DNA from: Pseudomonadota bacterium
Lineage (GTDB): Bacteria > Pseudomonadota > Gammaproteobacteria > Steroidobacterales > Woeseiaceae
Direction: 5' to 3'
DNA: 64,000 nt
Assembly (NCBI GenBank): GCA_038749025.1
Contig: JBCDIL010000017.1
Location: 6,960 to 70,959 of the forward strand
The notes below the pieces were generated by a model. That model worked only from the letters and a program-made list of their open reading frames with translations. It searched no databases and had not been told where the DNA came from. The stretch's first letter is position 1. Each line of letters starts with the position of its first letter. Below are positions 1 through 9,998 of this stretch, in pieces. A program made the position numbers and the translations under genes.

Positions 1-1
1 C

Positions 2-1006
2 GATATGGTGTTTGGTGCGCTCGTACCGCCGGCCGACAGCATCGGTAGCTTTGCCGTCACGGTTTTACCCGTCGTTATTTTCTTCGCCTCGTTAATGGGT
101 GTGCTCTATTACCTAGGCATTGCGCAGTTTTTCGTCCGCGTATTCGGCGCTGCCATACGCGCCATCGTCGGTACCCGATCGATCGAGTCGCTAAACGCGG
201 CCGGCAATATTTTTATTGGGATGACCGAGTCGCCATTGATCGTAAAGCCCTATCTCGCGCGACTGTCCGATGCGCAGATTTTTACCGTGATGGTCTCTGG
301 CATGGCATCGATTGCTGGAACGGTATTGGCCGCCTACGCCGGCATGGGAGCAAAGCTCGAGTACCTCTTGGCCGCAAGCTTCATGGCCGCCCCCGGTGGT
401 CTGTTGATGGCGAAATTGATGATGCCGGACCCAACCGAGGCAACCCGCGACGCGGCGGACGACCGACTAACGCTAGACGATGAACGCGAAGCCAACGTCA
501 TCTTGGCTGCGGCCAACGGCGCGGCCGAAGGTCTGAAACTTGCGGCCAATATCGGTGCGATGCTGATCGCCTTTGTTGCGCTCATCGCACTGCTGAATGG
601 CTTGATCGGCGGCGTCGGCTCGCTGATCGGTGTTGCCGACCTGACGCTTGAGAAAATCCTTGGCTGGGTGTTCTCGCCGTTGATGTTCCTATTGAGCGTG
701 CCATGGGAAGAAGCGCAGCAGGCCGGCGCACTGTTCGGCGAGAAACTGATCTTGAACGAATTCGTCGCGTTCTTTCACTTCGGGCAAATAGCCGCGGACC
801 TTAGCCCGCGGACGCAAGCGATCGTCACATTCTCATTATGCGGCTTCGCCAATCTGTCATCGATCGCGATCATGCTCGGTGGTTTGGGGATATTGATCCC
901 AGAAAAACGCGAGCTAATCGGTCGCTTTGGCTTGCGCGCATTGCTGGCCGCATCGCTCTCAAACCTAATGAGTGCAGCGCTGGCCGGTATGATCCTAAGC
1001 AGCTAA
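2..1006 (+). CDS. NupC/CNT-family concentrative nucleoside transporter, C-terminal part (5' end outside window)
   Basis: Frame is open from the window edge to TAA at 1004-1006. The product is very hydrophobic. Motif GNIFIGMTESPLIVKPYL and the C-terminal helices are typical of the NupC family. Confidence 0.8.
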   Translation, partial: DMVFGALVPPADSIGSFAVTVLPVVIFFASLMGVLYYLGIAQFFVRVFGAAIRAIVGTRSIESLNAAGNIFIGMTESPLIVKPYLARLSDAQIFTVMVSGMASIAGTVLAAYAGMGAKLEYLLAASFMAAPGGLLMAKLMMPDPTEATRDAADDRLTLDDEREANVILAAANGAAEGLKLAANIGAMLIAFVALIALLNGLIGGVGSLIGVADLTLEKILGWVFSPLMFLLSVPWEEAQQAGALFGEKLILNEFVAFFHFGQIAADLSPRTQAIVTFSLCGFANLSSIAIMLGGLGILIPEKRELIGRFGLRALLAASLSNLMSAALAGMILSS

Positions 1007-2067
1007 CGCGGGTTAACGGCAAGCTCGGCGGTCACAGGCCAGTGATCCGAAACGCCTAGTGCCGCGGGTAGGTCGAACGACTGCGGTCTGCCGTCGGGTG
1101 ATGTCTGGTACGGCGCTTCGTTCGACAGTCGAACATCGACTATGCGAACGGCGGGGCCAGCATCGCTTGGGCGTCGCCACATGATCAGATCAAGGTGATT
1201 CCAGACTTGATCACGCCGGTAATAGAACGTGCCTGGACAGCCCTCGCAGCCGTTTTCGTGGGCTAGCTCCCACGCCGGATAAACAAATCGATCGAATAAC
1301 GCATGCTCGTTGTTCTCTTGCTCGGTCGTGTTGAAATCGCCTGCGGCAATAACGAAGCGCTCGCCATCGACGTTGTCTGCGAGCCGATTGAGGTGCTCGT
1401 AGGCTTGCTCGCGCATCACCAGTGGATGAAACGGCGCGGGAAAGTGCACGGCGAAAACCGTGGCCACGACACCGTTCGGTAAGCGCAAGCTCGCTTCGAG
1501 AATGCCGCGTGTATCGTTGCGCGGCTCGTCGGGGTAGTCGTCGAAATAACCGGGATGCAGCGTCGGCGAACCGTCGAGCGGGAAGCGGCTCAGAATGGCG
1601 ACGTCGATTCCCCGCGTGTCTTGCCCTTCGATCAAGACCAGCGTGCCGTAGTCAGCGTCACTGAGAAACCGGTCCCGGAGCGTCGCCACGACGCCCCGAT
1701 TCTCGACCTCTTGGAAGATGACTATATCGGGCCCGAGGCCATCGTTCTCCTGCAAAATCGCGGCCGCGACGCGTTGCAACTTGGTCGTGTACACCGCGTC
1801 GTTCCAATCCCACTCTAAGCACTCCCGCCGCCAGACGTCGACAGGAATGTCCGCGCACAATGCCCGGTGGGCGGCAGTTTGCTTCGCGCTGAGCGGCAGA
1901 TAGGTTTCATCGCGCCGGTCAAGGTCGTCGACGGTGTCAAAAAGGTTCTCGACATTAAACGTCATGACCGTGAACGCGTCGGTCGCAGGTGCAGGTGTAC
2001 GCGCGCACGCACCGGCACAAACAACGAGTGCGACGCTAAGGCAGCGGGATACGAAAGACTGGGGCAT
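1003..2067 (-). CDS. endonuclease/exonuclease/phosphatase (EEP) family lipoprotein
   Basis: Signal/lipobox-like N-terminus (LVVCAGAC). EEP blocks MTFNVENLF, IVIFQEVE, GDFN and SDHWPV are present. Confidence 0.75.
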   Translation of the reverse strand: MPQSFVSRCLSVALVVCAGACARTPAPATDAFTVMTFNVENLFDTVDDLDRRDETYLPLSAKQTAAHRALCADIPVDVWRRECLEWDWNDAVYTTKLQRVAAAILQENDGLGPDIVIFQEVENRGVVATLRDRFLSDADYGTLVLIEGQDTRGIDVAILSRFPLDGSPTLHPGYFDDYPDEPRNDTRGILEASLRLPNGVVATVFAVHFPAPFHPLVMREQAYEHLNRLADNVDGERFVIAAGDFNTTEQENNEHALFDRFVYPAWELAHENGCEGCPGTFYYRRDQVWNHLDLIMWRRPSDAGPAVRIVDVRLSNEAPYQTSPDGRPQSFDLPAALGVSDHWPVTAELAVNPR

Positions 2068-2935
2068 GGCGACCCTCGAAGGTAGTGATCAACGCGGTCT
2101 CCGGCGAGTCGAAACATACCGACTCGGCCCGCTTAACGGGCGGCATCGGTACGCTGGTCGGCGATCCGTTCAGCGCCTCAAGCCATGACTGTTGCGGTTG
2201 CCGTGAGAAAACGAACGCCCGCCAGTTGGTGACGACGACCGCCCGGTCGCCACCGCTGCTGAAACTCATCGCCGTCGGTTGCCAACCGAACTGGCCGCGC
2301 CGCGGCGCATCGGCTAGCTCACGCACAGTCGGCGGTGGTAGTGACGTGACTTTGCCCAAGTACTCCACTTCAACGATGTCGTCGCCGCTTGCGTCGATAC
2401 GGGCTCGATACAGCTCGGGCGGTAATGTCCGTTTCGTCATAACGTAGAGCCAATCGCCATGTACGGCGATGGACTCCGCATCGCGACCGCCACCGGGGTA
2501 CGCCAAGCGAATAGTCCGATCGACCTTTAAAGACGCCATGCGACCTCGGCCGGGCAGCGTCGTCGGCTCCTTCACTATGTGAACGCGCAGCTCCGAGCGC
2601 ACCCCGTTATTGTCGCCAATGTCAGCAATAATGAGATACGGCACGCCGTCGAGTTCGAAACTATCGAGATCCTCCCAGTCGACGTTACCGATGCCACGTG
2701 GTACCAACGCTCCGAGGCGTTCGCCGCGGCTGTCCATCGCATAGAGAATGGCCGCGTTGCCGCTATCGTTGATCACCCAGTAGCGGTCATCCGCGACGCG
2801 TGAACGCGCCAAACCACTCGCCTCATCGATGCTTGGATGCGCCAGCTTGCCGAGTCGCTCCGGTTCAGCGACAGCGCCAATAAGCCCGCCAACGGCCGCT
2901 GCGATAACAATCTTGCGCAGAAAATTCACGATCAT
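2036..2935 (-). CDS. hypothetical membrane-anchored or secreted protein (possibly beta-propeller, SdiA-regulated/phytase-like)
   Basis: 299-codon ORF with an N-terminal hydrophobic anchor. Blocks IDEASGLA, YWVINDSGN and DWEDL are present. Its 3' end overlaps the downstream EEP gene by 32 nt. Confidence 0.5.
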   Translation of the reverse strand: MIVNFLRKIVIAAAVGGLIGAVAEPERLGKLAHPSIDEASGLARSRVADDRYWVINDSGNAAILYAMDSRGERLGALVPRGIGNVDWEDLDSFELDGVPYLIIADIGDNNGVRSELRVHIVKEPTTLPGRGRMASLKVDRTIRLAYPGGGRDAESIAVHGDWLYVMTKRTLPPELYRARIDASGDDIVEVEYLGKVTSLPPPTVRELADAPRRGQFGWQPTAMSFSSGGDRAVVVTNWRAFVFSRQPQQSWLEALNGSPTSVPMPPVKRAESVCFDSPETALITTFEGRHAPVFRIPLP

Positions 2936-3043
2936 CCGTTAAGTGTAGCTCATCGTTGTCACTGTTTTGCCGCGACACAGTGTTTGCGAGCGCCCCAATC
3001 TGTTCGCGACAATGGGGACTCGGTTTATCGTTTGACGGCTCTT

Positions 3044-3784
3044 GTGGCGAAAATTTCCGAGACAGTCCGCCGAGTGGCTCGCGACGTTAATACACTGCAT
3101 CGTGAGTACCTCGACGACGACGCGTTAGCGGCTGCCTTCCGGCAATTCCTTGAATGGCAGAGCCGCTATTTGTTGGCGCAACACGCCGCATTCGCCGAAC
3201 GCGACGAGTACCGCGATGCGACCGCCTTCGTCGTCAACGACCTCACCGGTTTCGAGGTCAGCAAGCGCGACCAGGACCTCGCCAGAATCATCCCGCTGAT
3301 GAGCCGCGTCTTGCCCGATTCGGTACTGGCGACACTGGCCCGTGCACTCGAGCTCAACGCCGGGGCGCTCGCAATGAACTTGAAAATTTGTCGGGAGATT
3401 GAGGCCACCGGCGCGATTGAGCGGCTGACAGAACAGCGCTACGCCGCCGCACTTCGAGCCGTTACCGATCGCGAAGCGGCGCTGTCGATGGTGCTCGCTA
3501 TCAAAGATATCGGTCGCGAGCTCGACCGGATCGTACAGATACCGATGATCAGCTCGACCCTCACCAGCATGGGTCTACCGGCCCGTTTGATGGGGTTTCA
3601 AGCCTTGCACCGGTTTTTAGCCGAGGGCTTTCGCGTGTTTCGCGCGTTGCCGAATACCGACGTGTTTCTCGATGAGCTGGAAACCCAAATGCTCACCGTT
3701 TATGCGCGACTCTACGACAGCCCTCTGGACTCTCTCGACGCAGCGGGTACGAGCGCTTCGACCACTTCGTTGGACGGTAATTGA
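3044..3784 (+). CDS. hypothetical protein
   Basis: Track ORF 2837..3784 overlaps the divergent gene upstream. The first plausible start clear of that gene is GTG 3044. No family recognised with confidence. Confidence 0.4.
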   Translation: MAKISETVRRVARDVNTLHREYLDDDALAAAFRQFLEWQSRYLLAQHAAFAERDEYRDATAFVVNDLTGFEVSKRDQDLARIIPLMSRVLPDSVLATLARALELNAGALAMNLKICREIEATGAIERLTEQRYAAALRAVTDREAALSMVLAIKDIGRELDRIVQIPMISSTLTSMGLPARLMGFQALHRFLAEGFRVFRALPNTDVFLDELETQMLTVYARLYDSPLDSLDAAGTSASTTSLDGN

Positions 3785-4989
3785 TAGGCCTTCAAACCAA
3801 AACGGTTCAGTACGGCCAACAGGTGATCGAAAATATCCGATTGAATCGCTTCGTAGTCGCCCCAGGCCGTCGTCGACGTGAAGCAGTAAATCTCGATCGG
3901 AAGCCCTTCGGCCGTCGGCTGTAACTGGCGGACCAGCAGCGTCATCGACTTATGGATGTGCGGGTGCTGGCGCAAGTAATTGAGCGCATAGGCACGGAAT
4001 GTCCCAATATTGGTCAACCGTCGTAGATTGACGGCTTCGTCGAGATCGGCATCGATCGCCGCGTTGTAGTCGGCGAGCTCCTGTTCTTTGTCTGCGAGGT
4101 AGTCGGCCAGCAACACCATCCGTCGAAAGTGCTCGATCTCCTCTTTCTCGAGGAAACGAATGCTGGCGATGTCGATGACAAGCGAACGCTTAATGCGCCG
4201 ACCGCCCGACTCACTCATCCCCCGCCAGTTCTGGAACGATTCGGATATCAACCGATGCGTAGGAATCGTGGTAATCGTTTTGTCCCAGTTTTGGATGCGT
4301 ACCGTGTGCAACGCGATATCGATAACATCGCCATCCGCGTTCAATTGCGGCATCTCGATCCAATCGCCGACACGGACCATATCGAGACTGGATAATTGCA
4401 CGCTGGCGACAAGCGATAAGATCGTGTCGCGAAAAACCAATAACAACACAGCCGTTAGTGCACCGAAACCGGTCAGTAAGACGAACGGCGACTCGCCAAG
4501 CAGCGCCGAAACAATAAGAATCGCGCCGCAGCAATAGGCGAACAATGTCGCCAGCTGAACGTAACCCTTGATCGGTCGGCGCCGAGCTTCCGGGCGACGT
4601 TCGTACATTGTATTGATGGTGGTTAGTGCGGCGGCAACAGCGCGCACCGCAATGAAGGCGGCATACGCTAGCGCGACGTTGCGGATACCGTCGCGCCACG
4701 CCTCTCCGATACCCGGAATGAGCCCGACACCGAAATAGACGACGATCGCTGGAATAACATGCGATAGCCGACTGATGACACCGTGATCGATCAGCGCATC
4801 GTCCCAACGGCCGGGTGTTCGTCCAACCGCCAAACGAAGGCTACGAACGAGCTGGCGGCGAACGACGGTATCGCCGATCCAGGCCGCTACACACAACAGT
4901 GATAAGCCACCGGCCGTAACCGCCCACTCTGGCCAACCGGCCGTTAGGCGCTCATAAGTGGCCGTCAGTTCGGCAATCCATTCAAGCAT
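3712..4989 (-). CDS. mechanosensitive ion channel (MscS family)
   Basis: N-terminal TM helices followed by the MscS beta-domain block VRVGDWIEMPQLNADGDVIDIALHTVRIQNWDKTITTIPT. Confidence 0.85.
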   Translation of the reverse strand: MLEWIAELTATYERLTAGWPEWAVTAGGLSLLCVAAWIGDTVVRRQLVRSLRLAVGRTPGRWDDALIDHGVISRLSHVIPAIVVYFGVGLIPGIGEAWRDGIRNVALAYAAFIAVRAVAAALTTINTMYERRPEARRRPIKGYVQLATLFAYCCGAILIVSALLGESPFVLLTGFGALTAVLLLVFRDTILSLVASVQLSSLDMVRVGDWIEMPQLNADGDVIDIALHTVRIQNWDKTITTIPTHRLISESFQNWRGMSESGGRRIKRSLVIDIASIRFLEKEEIEHFRRMVLLADYLADKEQELADYNAAIDADLDEAVNLRRLTNIGTFRAYALNYLRQHPHIHKSMTLLVRQLQPTAEGLPIEIYCFTSTTAWGDYEAIQSDIFDHLLAVLNRFGLKAYQLPSNEVVEALVPAASRESRGLS

Positions 4990-5071
4990 CGGTCACGGTT
5001 ACTCGTTGCATCACGGGGCAGTATGCCGCGTGGCGCGAGTTTACCGGTAAGCGCGTGGTGCCGCGATAGCG

Positions 5072-6121
5072 CTAGCTTTCGGCGATACGCACGTTGGCAC
5101 CATCGGCCAAGGTCTCACCACCGCGAATCGCAACGCGGTCGCCCGCTGCGAGCGAACCTCGAACGGCGATCAAGTCACCGACGCTGTCGCCGAGTTCAAC
5201 CGCAACGCGTTCGGCTACATTGTCCGCAGAGATCCTGAACACGAAACTACCGTCGGTGCGCAGCACCAAGGCGTCTCGCGGAACAGCTAATGTTGACTCG
5301 GCCGCCCGAATCGGGACGCCGACACTGACCAGCTCGCCAACGTTCAATCCGGCTGCTGCGTCAATATCGACTCTGGCCTCGAACGTTTGCGAGCGGATAT
5401 CGCCGGTCGGCACCAACGCACGGATCGTGCCGGCAAGGCGGTTATCGGCATTGAAGATGTCGAGTGAATCGCCGACGTGAATTCGGTTGATGTGTTTCAG
5501 CGGAACAAAGGCGCGCACCTCGAGCTGGGCGAGATCGGTCATCGCCGCCAATGGCGCCCCGGGTGCTACCTCTTCGCCAACCCGGCGCATCCGCTCAGTA
5601 ACGACGCCAGCGAACGGTGCGCGCACCGCTGCGCGGCGAATCCGCTCATCGATTTGACGAATACGCACGGCAATGATCTTCGCATCGGCCCGTGCAAGAT
5701 CGCGGTTCGCCATGGTTTGCTCGAGTTGGAACTCGGAGACAACGCTGGTCGTCGATAGCTCCGCCTGGCGTCGATACTCGCTTTCGAGCTGGCGTGTCTG
5801 GATGCGCGCACGGCTGAGCAACGCCTCCTGTTCCGCTCGCTCAAGGCGCAGCAAGGTCGTGTCGATGCGGGCGATCGGCTCGCCCGCTGCGAGCTCGGTG
5901 CCCGGCTCCGCAACAAACTCCAGACGCCCCGCCACGGCCGCCATCAACTCGGCCTCGTTACGGCTATAGACCGTACCCGGAACAGCCAGGGTCGGTGCAA
6001 TCTCAGCGCGTTGCACGACGGCCACGGCGACAATCGGTGGTGTTCGTTGTGCGTTGGCCGGTGCCGCTAAGACGGTTGCGATGGCGATCAACGCCGTCAG
6101 GGCATAGCGTGAAAAAGTCAT
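5072..6121 (-). CDS. efflux RND periplasmic adaptor (MFP/HlyD_D23 type)
   Basis: Signal peptide, coiled-coil hairpin region, and blocks APFAGVV and VRAFVP. Its ATG overlaps the stop of the RND permease gene (ATGA). Confidence 0.85.
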   Translation of the reverse strand: MTFSRYALTALIAIATVLAAPANAQRTPPIVAVAVVQRAEIAPTLAVPGTVYSRNEAELMAAVAGRLEFVAEPGTELAAGEPIARIDTTLLRLERAEQEALLSRARIQTRQLESEYRRQAELSTTSVVSEFQLEQTMANRDLARADAKIIAVRIRQIDERIRRAAVRAPFAGVVTERMRRVGEEVAPGAPLAAMTDLAQLEVRAFVPLKHINRIHVGDSLDIFNADNRLAGTIRALVPTGDIRSQTFEARVDIDAAAGLNVGELVSVGVPIRAAESTLAVPRDALVLRTDGSFVFRISADNVAERVAVELGDSVGDLIAVRGSLAAGDRVAIRGGETLADGANVRIAES

Positions 6122-9100
6122 CCGTGTGCTCCGAGCGCTTTGGGGTTGGTCGCGGACGGCGTCTGTTCCGCCGCGTTGCGCGTAGTGAGTTTGAGTAACG
6201 CCGGTATGAATACGAGCGTAAACAAGCCGCTAAAGATCATGCCGCCGATAATGACGACGGCGAGGCCGCGGTAAATCTCGGAACCAACACCCGGGATCAG
6301 TGCAAGCGGCAACATGCCGAAAATACTGGTCAGCGTGCTCATGGCGATCGGACGGGCACGGAGCCGCACCGCTTGGCGCGCCGCTTCACGAACGTTTAAG
6401 CCGCTCGCTAAGCCCTCACGGGTTTGCAGCACCAACAATATGGCGTTGTTGACAACGAGCCCCATCAAAATAATGAAACCAATCATCGTCAACAGATCGA
6501 GCGACTGGACGGTGACTAGGTTAAGTCCATTCAGCGCTAAGATGCCGCCGGACAGCGCCACCGGCATCGCCGCGATGACGAGCGCGCTGTCGCGTAGCGA
6601 TCGGAACATCGCGGCCATAATAAAGAACAGGATAACGACGGCTAGCGCGATGTTGCTGCCCATTTGCATTATTGCCGCATCGAGCTTATCGGCGGTGCCG
6701 CGGTAGTTAATCGAGACACCCGCCGGCAGCTGCGCCGCGATACTGGGCCCCACCTCATCACGTAAAATGTCGAGCGCTTCTTCCACGGTCATCTCGGTGG
6801 GCGGCAGGACGGACAAGGTAATGGTCCGATCACCGTCGACGCGCAGCAATTGGGTCGGTCCTACCGTTCGTTCAATCCGGGTCAACTCTCCGAGGGTTTG
6901 AATACCGGCAAGCGGTGTCGTAATCGGCATCGCGGCCAGCGCTTCGGGCGTGTCCCAACGACTGCCGCGCATGATGATGTCCATTCGCTGACTACCATCA
7001 AAGTACTCGCCGACGAATGAGCCACTCGTCACAGTACGGACCGTGTTCGCAACCGTCGCACGGTCGAGACCCGCCGCATTGATGCGCCGGTCGTCCGGTA
7101 CCAACTGCAACTCCGGTTCTGAAATAGCGAGCCCAGGCACCGGTCGAACAACCGCGCCCGGCAAAGCGGCATTGACCTGACCCATGGCCGATGCTGCGAC
7201 CTCCGTTAGCGTACCGATGTCCGCCCCTTGGAAGTCGACATTGATCGAACGTCCGCCGTCGAAGCCAAAATCCAACAGCGTCGTCCGCCGCACAAACGCT
7301 TGTGTGTCCGGCAGGTCGACCAACACCTCGGTGCGCAAGATAGTCATCATCTCTTCGATCCGTGTCGGATCATCGGTGTACAGAAACAGTGCATTAAAGG
7401 ACCCAAAGGCCGACAGGTTATAGCCGCGGATATGCGGCTCTTGCTCGTGTGCCATGTACGGGCTCAAGCGCTCGACAATCGTGCTTGCGATCTCTTCCTC
7501 CAGCATCGTGATAGTGCCACCCGGCGGCAGCATGAAGCCGGCATTGATCGAGTCGGCTGGGGCGTGAGGTAGGAGGTTGGCCTTCGGCACCATCAGCACC
7601 AACACAGCCGCCGATGCCGTTAGTAACGAACCGACCCACAGGGCAGAGCGAATGCGGGTCGCTGTCAGGTGATCGACCCATCCGGCTAGCTTGTCCCAAA
7701 GCGCTGTCCACGGATCGCGGTCTGACATCTTGCCAAGCCAGCCGCGCGCCGCGACTGGCAAGGCCGTCATCGCGACCAAGAATGAGGCCGCAACAGCGAC
7801 GGACAGTGTTAGCGCCAAGTCACGAAACAATTGGCCTTCGATACCGCCGATAAATAAGACAGGCAAGAAAATCGCAACACTGGTGACCGTCGAGGCGAAT
7901 AACGCACCGCTGATCTGCCGCGCCCCCTGTTGTACGGCCTCGTCTTCGCTGACGCCGGACTCGCGTAAGCGCACGATGTTCTCGAGCGTAATGATGGCCG
8001 CGTCCATCACGAGACCCACCGCAAACGCCAGACCGGCTAGCGATATGACATTGAGTGAGCGGCCAGAAAGATCGAGCGCAACGAACGAGACGAGCAACGA
8101 CAGCGGCACGCTCGCCGCAATCAGTATGATGCCGCGGCGACTGCGCATCAGCGCGTACAGCACAGCGACCGCGAGGACTAAGCCAAGGCCGAGGTTGTCG
8201 CGGACCAAGCGAATCGCACGGCGGATATGCACCGACGAATCGAAGCTCAAATCAATCGCGAGGCCGGCGTCGGCGAGCGCCCCGGTATTGAGATCGTCGA
8301 CCGCAGCGTTGATCCCATCGATCATATCGACGGTGTTCGCGCCAAACTCGCGATCGACGGTGATGTAGTAGGCCGGGTAGCCGTTACGCAGCGAAAATCC
8401 ATCCCGGTCGCGGGGCACGACTTCAATACTGGCGACCTCGGATAAATAAACCGGCCGATCGCCACTCTGGCCGACGACCAGCTGGTTCAAGCTATCGGGA
8501 TCAAACTGACCGACGAAGCGCACGGTGTAGCGCCGCCGACCGACATCGGCCGAACCACCGGAAACATCGGTCGCCCGTCCGATAACGCTCGCGATGTCGT
8601 TGAAACTAATGTCGAGTGCAGCGGCTCGGTACGTGTCGACATTGATCTGTAGCTCGCGCGGCTGTTCACCTTGCAGCGACACTCGCCCGACGCCCGGTAT
8701 TCGGGCCAGGCGCGGTTCGACATGTTTCTCAATGACAGCTTGAAACGTGGCTGGATCGCGGCGTGGCTCACCGGGACGCAAGCGGACGAGCAACGACGCG
8801 TCGCCCGGACCAAAGCCACCGCCACCGGCGTTAACTTGCGGCTCAATCGCATCAGGCGGGCGGCCCGTAACTTGGCTCAGGCGATTGATGACATCGACTT
8901 TTGCTTCTTGAATATCGACGCCGGTATCGAAGGTCAGGTTGACCCAGCCGTTGCCGCGGGAAATCCACGACGATATATCGGTCAGCCCCGGCAGGTTGGC
9001 AAGCACGTCTTCTTGCGGCTCGACGATCTCCGCTTCCATCTCCTCGGGAGCCGCAGCCCGCCAAAAATTGCCGATCGAGACCTGCGGTTGCTCGATATTG

Positions 9101-9213
9101 GGCAGCAGCTGGATCGGTAAGCGCGTGGCGGCAAGCACGCCAAAAAGGACCAATAAGGCGACGATGGCGGCGACGGCCGGCCATTGGCGGGTACTTAATT
9201 CTGTCAACTTCAC
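6118..9213 (-). CDS. efflux RND permease (AcrB/HAE family)
   Basis: About 1030 aa, 12-TM architecture with two large periplasmic loops. I place the start at GTG 9213 (VKLTELSTRQW...); the 57 upstream codons in the track ORF look non-coding. Confidence 0.9.
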   Translation of the reverse strand: MKLTELSTRQWPAVAAIVALLVLFGVLAATRLPIQLLPNIEQPQVSIGNFWRAAAPEEMEAEIVEPQEDVLANLPGLTDISSWISRGNGWVNLTFDTGVDIQEAKVDVINRLSQVTGRPPDAIEPQVNAGGGGFGPGDASLLVRLRPGEPRRDPATFQAVIEKHVEPRLARIPGVGRVSLQGEQPRELQINVDTYRAAALDISFNDIASVIGRATDVSGGSADVGRRRYTVRFVGQFDPDSLNQLVVGQSGDRPVYLSEVASIEVVPRDRDGFSLRNGYPAYYITVDREFGANTVDMIDGINAAVDDLNTGALADAGLAIDLSFDSSVHIRRAIRLVRDNLGLGLVLAVAVLYALMRSRRGIILIAASVPLSLLVSFVALDLSGRSLNVISLAGLAFAVGLVMDAAIITLENIVRLRESGVSEDEAVQQGARQISGALFASTVTSVAIFLPVLFIGGIEGQLFRDLALTLSVAVAASFLVAMTALPVAARGWLGKMSDRDPWTALWDKLAGWVDHLTATRIRSALWVGSLLTASAAVLVLMVPKANLLPHAPADSINAGFMLPPGGTITMLEEEIASTIVERLSPYMAHEQEPHIRGYNLSAFGSFNALFLYTDDPTRIEEMMTILRTEVLVDLPDTQAFVRRTTLLDFGFDGGRSINVDFQGADIGTLTEVAASAMGQVNAALPGAVVRPVPGLAISEPELQLVPDDRRINAAGLDRATVANTVRTVTSGSFVGEYFDGSQRMDIIMRGSRWDTPEALAAMPITTPLAGIQTLGELTRIERTVGPTQLLRVDGDRTITLSVLPPTEMTVEEALDILRDEVGPSIAAQLPAGVSINYRGTADKLDAAIMQMGSNIALAVVILFFIMAAMFRSLRDSALVIAAMPVALSGGILALNGLNLVTVQSLDLLTMIGFIILMGLVVNNAILLVLQTREGLASGLNVREAARQAVRLRARPIAMSTLTSIFGMLPLALIPGVGSEIYRGLAVVIIGGMIFSGLFTLVFIPALLKLTTRNAAEQTPSATNPKALGAHG

Positions 9214-9469
9214 GGTCGAAACCCCTACGGAATGGCGCTCATTTGCCGATAAACAAGCCAGACCTATCCTACAAATTAGACACCGTTTGGTCGCCAATGG
9301 TTTGATTCGGTGCGACCACCGGTGGGGCCAGAGCGACGAGCTGAGGACGCTTAGCGTGACGGAGGCCGCATTCCAACCGCTCACAACTGGCGACGCGGGT
9401 TGGGCACCACGCTATAATCCGGCGCGGCATGGATGGGCACATATGTAGTGCCGACGGGAGCACCAGTCT

Positions 9470-9973
9470 GTGAGTCAAGACCAAAAGTTTTTCGATATCT
9501 TCTCGCTCGTCTTGGGCATCCTCGTGGTTGTCGCGTTCGGCATCTACGCGCTGTCAGCGCGTATCGGTAACGCGACCCAAGGTCAGTACATCCAAGCCGA
9601 TGCGACTTACCAGGATCAGGTGAGCTCGGCGATTACGCCGGTCGGTCAGGTATTGATGCCTGGTGACGAAGCAAGTTTCGCCGCCCAAGTGGTGGCCAGT
9701 GCGGAACCGGTGAAAACCGTCTTGTCGGGCCCGCAGGTCTACAACGCGGCTTGTATCGCCTGCCACGGTGCCGGAATCGGCGGCGCACCCACTTACGGTA
9801 GTGCTGACGTGTGGGCGCCACGGATCGCGAAAGGTATCGACACGCTTTACGGCCACTCAATCAACGGGTTTTCGGGCGAAGCGGGTTACATGCCGCCGAA
9901 GGGTGGCCGGACCGACCTGTCCGACGACGAGATTCGGGCCGCGGTCGACTACATGATCGAAGGCTCGCAGTAA
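9470..9973 (+). CDS. membrane-anchored cytochrome c5-type c cytochrome
   Basis: N-terminal TM helix and heme motif CIACHGAG. Downstream MPPKGG and DDEIRAAVDYM blocks are present. GGGAG lies 10 nt upstream of GTG 9470. Confidence 0.8.
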   Translation: MSQDQKFFDIFSLVLGILVVVAFGIYALSARIGNATQGQYIQADATYQDQVSSAITPVGQVLMPGDEASFAAQVVASAEPVKTVLSGPQVYNAACIACHGAGIGGAPTYGSADVWAPRIAKGIDTLYGHSINGFSGEAGYMPPKGGRTDLSDDEIRAAVDYMIEGSQ

Positions 9974-9998
9974 GCGTTTCGAACCGCGCGTTCTAGCG

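Noticed and set aside
9214-9384. N-terminal extensions of track ORFs: RND permease to 9384, otsA from 12522, ubiK to 20019, glnK from 19935, DUF484 from 30788, xerC from 31471, DUF2799 to 39037, trpB to 44421, phrB from 61533 and the fibrillin-like gene to 18027.
   Set aside because: The extensions overlap neighbouring genes or are Arg-rich nonsense. Internal ATG or GTG starts give canonical family N-termini and often have a visible SD or a 4-nt coupling overlap.
9413-9418. Perfect TATAAT hexamer 52 nt upstream of the cytochrome c5 start.
   Set aside because: No acceptable -35 lies at 16-19 nt spacing (the best is TGGCGA at 19 nt) and there is no extended -10 TG. This is too weak to call a promoter from sequence alone.
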